A program made the translations under genes and the position numbers. The notes under the pieces are model-generated. The model was not told the origin of the DNA. It searched no databases and was given only the letters and a program-made list of their open reading frames with translations. 64,000 nucleotides of DNA. Source: Catajapyx aquilonaris (Eukaryota). Location of the stretch: positions 1 to 64,000 of the forward strand of contig KZ538100.1 in NCBI GenBank assembly GCA_000934665.2. Direction: 5' to 3'. This document shows positions 54,201-64,000 of this stretch, piece by piece. Each line of letters begins with the position of its first letter. The stretch's first letter is position 1.

Positions 54201-57200
54201 GGCATTTGGAATTATGTAAATCGGGAGTTGCCGTGCGGAGTCAATTGGAAATCAATTGGACTGAGGGGAATTGATTCGGTGAAAAATGCATGGGAGTCAT
54301 CTGAAATCGGGGGTTGTCAAAAATGGCGGGGGGAACAAGTGGCAGGCGGAATATTGTATGGCCATTATAGCAGTATGTTTCGTGCACTGTTATGCTGCGG
54401 AGACTCTGCTGAATCCGTTTTCTCTGCTGGATATGTGCGGTTGCGTGCAGTAGGTTATTCGAGTCGCTCCTTGTTCTGTTCGCCCTCCAATCATCAGAGC
54501 AGCCACAAATTTACCTTTTAATGGGGGTTTAGTCACGCGCCGAAAATCCTGTGCCCGGAAAAGGAAAATCCCGCTCGCAAACACGCTATTATATATACGT
54601 AAACGGCTGAAATTTTCCACAATCGCTATCATTCTTTTCAACTTCTTCCTCTTAAGAGCTCAAATGTATGCGACTCTATCTGCTAACTACGTCTGTTGAA
54701 GGGCGAATGTAATGAGGGTGTACAAGTTGCTGACGCATAATTTATTGAAGCGAAACGGCAAAATAATGTGGTCTCAGAATGAACTGATGAAAGTTGTATA
54801 TCTTTAGAGGGGACAAGGGATCGGTTGAAATAACTTGCTCAATCCAAATCCGGCCAATTGGGCAGCATTCGAAGCATGATACCGGTAGCAGTTTTTTGCA
54901 GGCAAAAAAATCGCGATGAATCTGAGCAGCAAGAGGGTCAGTGGAGTCCCTTCGGCCATTCCGTTCAGCCAGCGACTGATGGGTTGGAAATTGAGGAGGG
55001 GGAAAAGTTGAAGTGAAAGCGGCAGAAAGGTGTCAGGTCCCGTTCAGCAATTGGGGAGGGGGAAAGAAGCGAAAAGTGATTAAAATGTACTACACTGGGT
55101 TTGGTATAATAAGTGAATATAGAGAGAGAGGCCCATCGAGTGGTGGGCCCGTAAAAAAGGAGAACGGGTTGTGGCCCCCTGGCTGCTTAAGGAGAATAAA
55201 ACTGTAATTGGCAATTTGTTGAACTGTTTCAAGCCCCATTTGCCGCATTTCGGGGTTGAGGAGGAGGAGTAAACCTGTTGTTGGAAAGAGTTTGGTGCCT
55301 CTTGAGGCGACCGTCACGAACGGATTATTCATCAATACATTAGACACACGCAGAATAATAACTCAAACAGGTTGGGACCGCTTGCGGAGATAATGGAATG
55401 GTTCTCGGAGAGTGTGGGGGGAAAAAAAGGAAAGAAGAGGGACAGGAGAGAGAAACACGTTTTTATAACATCTCTTGTGTGTGTGTGCACCTTTGCACGA
55501 TCTGTAATAAGGCGAAGGTGTTGGATTAACCCCGGCACAACAAACGCGGCTGGATGCATCGATGCAACCTGAAAGAGCAACAGGTCCCTTCGTTATTCCG
55601 GGGCCTTGCCTTTTGTGCCGCCTCCAAGTTTAATGCAGAATGACAGTCATTTTCTCCGGCGGCTTGTTAGGCGGACTCTCCTGGGAATTCATATCGCATG
55701 TCGGCCTTGACCGATAAGCCACCGCAAAGGATCGGGTCGGGACATCGATCCGCCTTGTCTGGCTCGGAGATTCAGAAGAAACCTCTGCAAAGTTGCGTTG
55801 GAAGTGCTTCTTCCACAGATGCGGTTGGAATTGAAACTGCGACTAATAGACATCAGCTAATAGCGATGACAGCTGGCCGCCACCTTTTCCTGGGCCTTAA
55901 TTGGGACGCCGCCTGTCGGGACGCCCTGGAAGCTCCTCCCTGGCGTCCATTTGATGCGGGTCCCCCCCCACTGGACCCTTAATTGAGCCAGAGTGGATGC
56001 TGGTTAAGAAGTGGCAACCCGTGTCCCGTTGAGTGAGATACGAAGAAGGGTTTTTGCACACACTGTACATTTCGGTGCGCTTGAGTAATGTTCATTGGAG
56101 GACCGGTTTAAAAGCCGTTTCCCGAGCAGCAGCAGCAAAACCTCCGTCGTGTTGTTTGGCCTCCTCGGATTCGCCGCGAATTGATTGCCTGCCGCTAATG
56201 GCTCATTACTCATTAATCGGGAAAGGGGGGGAAAGGAGCGTAGGGTGGATCCGGCGATTGTGCCGTGGATTCCGCCCATTAGCTCTGCCCCCCTACGGAA
56301 CAGATAAGTTAATGGGCTTTTCTAAGAACTTTCTGGGGGCCTCCTCCGTTCGCTCAACCGCTTCTTTCGGCATGGCCAAAATTTTCTCGGATTAACCCTC
56401 TCCCGCACTTAAAACAGCTTCCAAATGGTGAATCGTCGGCGCGTGAAGGAATTCTCCATCCATACATCATCCATTTGACGGACTTGTTCACACAGCTCGT
56501 GGGATGAGGGGGGATAAAAAGTTTGTCGCAGGTCTCCCCCTTTTTTTAGTTGTTGGGGACTGAAACGCGGACACGGTGATTGGGGATTGTACAAAGTGAT
56601 GGACGCCGATTATGATGACTTGATCCGATATGAATGGGGACCGGCTCTGACTCATCACCGGGTCACGTCTGGAGATTGTCAATCCCCCAGGTGCTGTCAG
56701 CTGCTGGATCACATTAACTGCTAGGGATGGGATCAGTGTTAACTACCAGAACAAATTAGATGCGAATTAGTATTTACCGGGCCGACGCTGCTGCGGAATG
56801 TGCAGTCATTCGTGACTTTGTGGCCAAAGAAGATCGTGATTCGTGATGGAGGGAAAAAGATGTGTGGTGAATGGTGCAATGCGGTGCTGGATGGGCGGGT
56901 GAAGACGCCCGTAAATAGAGCGCATGTGTGTAATGTGCCGCTTTTGTGCAAAAGGTTTTACCTGCTGGCGAAAGCTTACTCCGCAAATAATCCGCGCATT
57001 ACGCTCGTCATATCCGTCTCTCTCTCTCTCTCTCTCTCTCTTTTTAAAATCATTTTTTTGTGGGTTGGGTATTCCAGTGGGGAGGGATGCCAAATCGGAA
57101 ATACAATAATTAGCGGTGTTTAGTGAGATGAACTGCAAGATGTCACTGGCATTAACAGACGGCACAGATTATTATTATGTGGCCGGTGGTTGAATAGGAT

Positions 57201-60200
57201 CCGGGCTCCCGCCAACTCATCAGAGCCAACATCACGCGCCATAATTAAACCGTAATAGACGTGCCAAAAAAGAGGGGGGGCGTTAAAGTGCTATCGAAAT
57301 GCAATATTTTTAATGCACTTGCCAATATATTCGAATCACCCGACGGGGATTTGGACCTCGCGTAATGTTTATGCATGGCTAGTATAGTACTGCAGAATCC
57401 CAGCGATTGGGAGGGGGGTGGATATGTCGAAAGCTTGGTTGCAAATGAAAATACTGTAATGGTTTGGAGCGTTCTCATACTATTAGCTTTGATCTGGCAG
57501 CGAACTGGCGTGGGGTAAAATTGGCCGCATTGCGTGTGTTTCCCATGATGAATGATAAACAAGGGCCGCCGCTTCTCAGTGCCGCCCACAGAGAGGCGCC
57601 AAGAGTCGCAATCTGGCCGGAAAGGAGTATGCTCGTACAGTATATCTGCCAGGAGACTGAGTGATGATGAAACATGCTGTGTGTATAATCCTGATGGGGG
57701 TAAAAGGGGCGCAGACTGGCCTTTTGTTGGGTGGGGTGTATGCAGAGAGCGAAGGGCCGGTCCCTTCCTTCCTTCCTTTGGTTGAATTAGATGGAATTAT
57801 CGATCATGCCAGGGAGGAAGAGGAGCCAGGGGTTGTTGGAGAGTAATTGGGGATGTAGCTTTTTATGCAGGAGGCTAGGTTGGCTGGAAGGGAATGGTCG
57901 GTGTTTATAGAGAAGTGTATAGGATTGACGTGTGCATGCAGAGGAGGGGGCGGGCGGTCTCGCACCTTTGTATTTGGAGGGTGGTGGTGCCAGCAGCCTA
58001 AGTTCAATAGTCAGGCTATAGCAAATCTGTTTACCCCTCGTCTCCAATATGGATCCTGATCACTATTCTTTGCGACGACAAGAGGAATAATGGCCACCAA
58101 ATTGGGGTACCAAACCAGACTACTTGTGATATTTGCATACCACGTAGCCCAGACATAGGCCAGGAACGTCCATTGTCGGTGCGTGGAATGACTCTCAGTG
58201 GATGGGTCTTCCAACTCCCATTACCCGTCTGTCTGTCTGTCTGTCGTCTGTTCCTCTGGTGGTGGGCAAACAGCAGGCTGCAGTTAAGTGGATGCAAACT
58301 GCGGAGGGCGCATATTTGCCCAAGCCAGAACGGAATCCGAGCCCGGTCCCTACCAAATTGGCGGAGCGCTTGTTCGGTGCCGGATAATCGCCACCATCAC
58401 CCAGATGCTGCTTCTTTCTTCCTTCTCCCAGCAGCATCCATAGGCTCTGGATTGTCACGCACAATCAGCCTCACATATCCCGATATGTTTTTCTTTCTTC
58501 CGGATATATGGCTCGAGCAGTGTCCGGAAAAGGGTAAATGGTCCCGTTGCGTCACTTTTGATGCTCGATCCATCAAGGCTGCAGTCATCATCATCCGGCG
58601 AGTAAGCGTGGATGGGGGAGGTAGGGAAGGGATTAAAAAACAATGTGGTGCTGGCGGCGTCGTCTCCCGCTCGGATGCGCCGAGATGGGGATTTCATTGG
58701 CTGGATGCGCCATCCCCCAAATTAAAACTTTGACGAGAACACTGTTTGAAATCACCGCTTCCATCCTCCTCCTCCTCCTCCTCCTCCCTATTTATAGTCC
58801 CTCTCTCTGTGTGTCTATACCTATAGCAGCGGCATGGCCCGCTCTGTCGGCCGGATAAATTACGCCGTTGTACTAGACCGACAAATTACCCCCCCACCAT
58901 TTTTGCACCAGGCTGCCTTTTCATACTCGGCTACCAACCTCTCGCACATTTTTCACATTTAATTTCCCTCGCTAGTGACCTATTGGTGCAATTCCAATCG
59001 CTTCTCACTCACTGGCTGGCCTTCTGATTGGCTCCATTGGCAGGTCAATCCGACGTTTTAGTTCATACAGTTTGCATCACTGGAACTGCGGACTTTTTTA
59101 TTCTCTGCACTGTACAGTACATGGGCTCCTAGCCGTACAGATTTCCTGCCAACAACTGTGCAGTAATAGCCCGAGTGTGTCAGAACTGCGTCTAACTCGA
59201 TAGCAAAGCTGTTGCGTATAGATCGTCGACTGTGCTGTAAGCGGCGCGGCGGCGGCTGTGGAAAACGGAGAGGTCCCGGGGGAACTAGCTTCCTACACAC
59301 TGGCGCCATTACCAAGGAAAATATGTCTCCCGCATAATCGCCACATAAGGTTGGACCCCGTCGTAATTTACGAGTACCCCTCCGCCTTAATTGTTGTCCC
59401 TGGAACACACCCTCAGTTTGCAATGTGCGCGTCCAACGCGTAGCCAATATCGCTCCAGTGTTGACTCTCCACCATCCCCCCTTAGTTCGGGCTGAATAAT
59501 GCAGGGCCGTCAATTAGCGCCTTTTAGACGTCCCATTTCCTTTAGGAGGGAAAAGGGGGGGGTCGGGCAATGGCTGTGTTTGATCCCTGGTAATCACTCG
59601 ACGCAGAGGCCTGTACCGGATCAGCGCCTACAGTTGCGGGGAATTCCCCTTCTCTCTCTCTCTGGATGTATATTCTAAAGGCCCGGTTTTTGCAGCAGCG
59701 AATAGTGGCAGGCCCGGCTCTTGACTCNNNNNNNNNNNNNNNNNNNNNNNNNNNNNNNNNNNNNNNNNNNNNNNNNNNNNNNNNNNNNNNNNNNNNNNNN
59801 NNNNNNNNNNNNNNNNNNNNNNNNNNNNNNNNNNNNNNNNNNNNNNNNNNNNNNNNNNNNNNNNNNNNNNNNNNNNNNNNNNNNNNNNNNNNNNNNNNNN
59901 NNNNNNNNNNNNNNNNNNNNNGCGGGGTGAAACGTTGAAAGAAAAGCAAAAATATAAGACAACCCCCCCCCCCCCCTCTCTCTCTTTTTTTTCAATCCCT
60001 CTTGCACGGTCCCTTCCGCAGAGCAGCAGCAGCGGGCTTTTCCGCCAGCAGCGGCGGCGCAATCAAGGTTGTCAGTTGCAGATCGCCCCTGGCCCTTTTC
60101 CTCCCCCTCTCTCTCTCTCCATCCCTACCCTCCCACCAAATGGATAGGGAAACTCCAAGTTAGTGTCCCTCGGGGACTTCTTGCTTAATAGCTTCCCAGC

Positions 60201-60653
60201 CTCCCATTTAGTGGATTGGCCCCGGCCGGAGAGAGACAGAGAGAGAGAAGAGCTTTGCCTGCCTGCGTCGGAGGCTACGGCTATTGATTCATGGGGAGGG
60301 TTGGAAGCGGGCTCTCTCTCTCTCTCTGTAGTATACTATAGGACTACTAGAGAGAGGGAGGGGGAGTCCCCTCGCTTCTCTCTCTCTCTGGATGGCCGCC
60401 ATCATGCTGGCTGGGTGCTCCCCCATTCCACCCGTCACCACCCACAACCACCATGCAAGATAATCTACCGCCTCTTGGCATATTGTACGCCAACCCTGAT
60501 TTACAGACACGGAGGAACTTGCAACGATGGGGCGTTAACCGGCCCACGATTGGTTCGTGCAAACCATTTAACTGGCCGTTAAGTGGTTGTGGTACCCTCA
60601 TTTGTTTACCGGGCCCGACACCTCTTAACTGTCCCGTTTAAAACCGGGTGGTA

Positions 60654-60862
60654 CAGTGTTGGAAATTAATCGTGGCATTCGAGGCACTGCTGGCTAGCGA
60701 CATTTTCCGACGTTAATCGCGTCGTACTGCTAGCGACATTTTCTGAAGCGGCAGAAGAAGGAATCTTGCTCGCCCTGCTTGCACTATCCTTATCTTCGAT
60801 TCCTTCTTCTGCCGCTTGAGAAAATGTCGCTAGCAGTACGACGCGATTAATGTCTGGCACTG
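60654..60862. mobile_element. Non-autonomous Tc1/mariner-superfamily-type MITE (209 bp), foldback structure
   Basis: TA|CAGTGTTGGAAATTAATCG ... CGATTAATGTCTGGCACTG|TA: CAGTG/CACTG termini with TA on both sides (60652-53, 60863-64). An internal inverted repeat 60713-60765 / 60798-60850 pairs at 52 of 53 positions. No transposase ORF. Confidence 0.75.
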
Positions 60863-61977
60863 TACGGAGAATAAATGTGCAGCCAGATGCGCCTCAGATA
60901 CTGCTGATTTGGCCTGAAAAGCTGAAAGGAGCCGGCCGCGTAAATAAGTGAGGGAATCAGTGCCTGGAATGGTACACGGTGGTTGTCTCAACTAAGAGGG
61001 AAATAAAAGATGCCCAACCTCCGATCGGGAGGGAATGATCCGAGCGGCCTATTAGTTCCCAAGTGGATCAACGGAAAAGGAGGGGGGATCCGAAGCACTT
61101 GAGTTCCTGGGTTTTTGGGGGAGACCCCCCTCTTTCTCTCTCTTCTTTTTTTTTTGAAAGTAGGGAGGCTGCGTCCAAATGACTCTGGGATCTCCCGAGA
61201 CACCACCAACTCCTTAGGAGGTGCCGGAGCTGCCGGTACGTGCACCGACTCCAGATGACATCAGCTGCATTGCTGCTGCAGTCCCTCCCTCCCTTCCCTC
61301 GACCTAAAAAGGAGTGAGGTTTGGAGGGAGATAAAAAAAAAAAGGCCCAATCCTCTGGCTGTGTGGGTTTTTTTTCTGAGTGTGGGGGTGGTAGGAGGTG
61401 GGAGTGTCGGAGCAAAAAGTGTTGGGGACAGCCGGGGTAACGCTGCTCATTTCCAATATCCGTCCTCTCCTCTCTCCTCTCTCGGCTGGTGGTGGGTGGG
61501 TGGATGGAGTGGGTGGTGATCGGTGCTGCGGCTGTCGGGTGCATGGAGAGCGAAAGCATCACGCCCAATTGAGCCCCAACTATTTTGTAATTAGAAACAA
61601 TAGCCATCGCCCCCGTAGGCCTATCCACTCGCCACAAACATCATCCTGCGCGATGCCATATTGTTCATGATGGATCCCCCCCTCCCTCCCTCCAATCCGC
61701 GGCAGGCAAAAAGGGGAGGCAGGGAGAGAGGGGTAAAGTGCATCATATGAATTGATAGCTATTTGGGAGGCCGCTGCTGCCTGACTGTGCTTCCCCAACA
61801 GCCATGACGCTCTATAGCTTCATATCTGACAACAGACTCGTTCCATGATGCAGTCCGCTCAATTACACTACAGCCCCTGGTTTATAGCTTTGTAATTCCC
61901 CCAGCCCTGTGTTTGCTATCACAACGGAAGCGTATATAATGGAGTTATATGGTGTAATGCTGTACTCCATATATGGA

Positions 61978-62030
61978 TGCAGCAGCAGCAGCACAAAATA
62001 TTCGCTGCTGCTGCTGCTGCTGCTGCTGCA
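61978..62030. repeat. Convergent (GCA)5 and (GCT)8 trinucleotide tracts
   Basis: tgcagcagcagcagca-caaaatattc-gctgctgctgctgctgctgctgctgca. Confidence 0.9.
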
Positions 62031-64000
62031 AACACCAGCGCCGGACTAAAACCCCTGCCAATTTCCAATGATTGCTTCCACTTTTCAGGGGGTGTTACGA
62101 CCTATGCGACACACACACATACACACTCAAAATGCACACAAAAGCTAATCCGATATATCTGTACGTTGTTGGATGTCAGATTCGAATTGGCGTCGCCGCC
62201 AGCCATGGACGCTAAATTGCTTCTAGCGTTGCAAATTTGCCGAAATTTTTAATTGGCGCTTAACAGTGTCGCAATGAGCCATATTTATGCTTTTGGCAAA
62301 AGTGATAGGGAATTCCTGGGGGGGAATGGGCAATGATGGCATTCATCCTCTCCTTATAAGTTATGCCTTCTATAAAGTGAGGTGCCTTGCAATTTTTTGG
62401 CACTAAGTGCTTGTTGCAGTATTAGCTATACCATTGCAATGTCTGTAGTCGAATTTTTATGATGTGCGACAAAATCCTCGTCGCATTATACCTAACTATA
62501 TTTTTGATAGCCCCTAAAAGCTTAGTGTAGGGGAAAATCACGAATTGCAAACCACACCTGCATAGGAACACACTGAATAACAGACTGATTAGCTCGAGCC
62601 CAGTTATATATAGCAGGCAGAATAGAAAATGCATTGTCGGTTTTTGAGCAGTTCTCTGTCTCTCGGCACTGTTTGAGACGCACCTCTGTTGCCGGTTGTT
62701 TGGCCAAGGTGCAAATAGCATCTGTTTGGAGAGATATCACGTCATGTGTCATCTGTGCATATGTATGTGCCATGCAGCGTTGGCAGGTGCAATATTGAAC
62801 GCAAATCACAATCAGTCAGACTTTTTTTTGCTTTCTATTTTTATTTTTTGCGAGCGGGTGTCACTCAAAACGTCGGCAATAACAATGCCAGGGGGGAGGG
62901 GAAATGCAACTGCGCGTCAAAACGTCAACGACGCCACAGATTATGTTTAATATTGCTGGTTCAAAAATGCGGACGAATGATCGTCATTATTGCTGTATCT
63001 CTCTGTTATGTACTGAAACCGCAGGAGAGATTATGAAGCATCCTGCTGGTACATCACCTCGATTACATGGCGTACAGCGACGCTTAGAATGATCAAACCG
63101 GTGCACTCCGCCAGAGTGAAGCTTACGTAACGGATTAAACTGTAAGTTGAACTTAATTTGTCAAAGTGTAACTGGGTTTCTGTGATGACGTTAGTCGGCC
63201 GGGACATCACAGGCGGCGTCTGGACACAACTTGTGTACAGTGTACCGGACGCTCTCCCGGGGGGGACTCCATTAGTCACATTGCCTCTCAAACTCACGAC
63301 TCTACATGATTACTCTTGCGGTGGGGTCACTTTGCATCATATAACGTGTGCCGCAACACTATTTTTGGTATTTTAGGACTAGCTTATTTTCCATTGTCCG
63401 AAACTTTTCCCCCCCAGTTTGGACAGGGACATTGAGTAGTGTCCTGCGGGTGATATAGCGGACAGGGGCAAGTCCTTTTTGCATGGCCCGCAGACTGCGG
63501 CAGCTATAAACTGCGTAATATGTTAGCGTTAGCAGACAGCCGGGGGCTGCCATGGGGGGGGTGGAAGTGCACTTTGGAGGCCTCCCATCCACCCCACCGA
63601 ACAAGGCGGCGTGTCTTTGTCGAATAAAATAGGATCATAGCTCCGGAATAGGTCCTTATCGTAGCTGGGCGCAATAAATCGCTCCCATAATTCCCAGCGA
63701 TGAAAGCTGCCCGAGACTGTTCGGCGCTTTGCACTTGACCCACTCCATTCAGACGCCGCCGGGGTAAGGTCGCGGCCTGCCCTAAAACAAACCGTCTTGC
63801 GAGGTCCAATTAGGACACAAAAGGAGCTCGCATAATTAGGACGTCATAAATTATTAGGCACACAAAACGACCGGGACACGATTCAAGTTCCGGTCGCAAA
63901 AATAATAATGCAGCGCGCAAATTCAATTTTAATCGGAGTGTCGAATTAGCGAGGCGAGATGATTCCTGCCGGCGCAACAATGGGGCCAACCGTCGCAAAT

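Noticed and set aside
60713..60850. piggyBac element suggested by TTAA at both ends of the inner stem
   Set aside because: TTAA is part of the palindrome. The inverted repeat extends out to CAGTG/CACTG termini with TA flanks.
1..64000. CRISPR array, operon or prokaryotic defence system
   Set aside because: No regularly spaced direct repeats and no dense coding; the spliced homeobox exon and microsatellites show this is animal DNA.

Overview
Animal (most likely invertebrate) nuclear genomic DNA from a gapped draft assembly. It is almost entirely non-coding and rich in microsatellites and G/C homopolymers. The only convincing coding sequence is a single 272-bp internal exon (22316-22587, + strand) encoding residues 1-44 of an NK-class homeodomain best matching the NK7 family ([44 protein letters not shown]), ending at the classic phase-0 intron between residues 44 and 45. 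I could not find the upstream exon or the recognition-helix exon (VKIWFQNRRTKW), so the window appears to lie within two very large introns of this gene. These introns hold small non-autonomous elements: a Tc1/mariner-type foldback MITE with TA target duplication (60654-60862), two copies of a mini-hairpin family with variable loops (18841-18902, 23719-23795), 3-4 copies of a ~140-bp dispersed repeat, and a branched foldback at ~42 kb. No prokaryotic systems, CRISPR arrays, rRNA or intact tRNA genes are supported, and I found no clearly new biological system. The other ORFs in the track look spurious.
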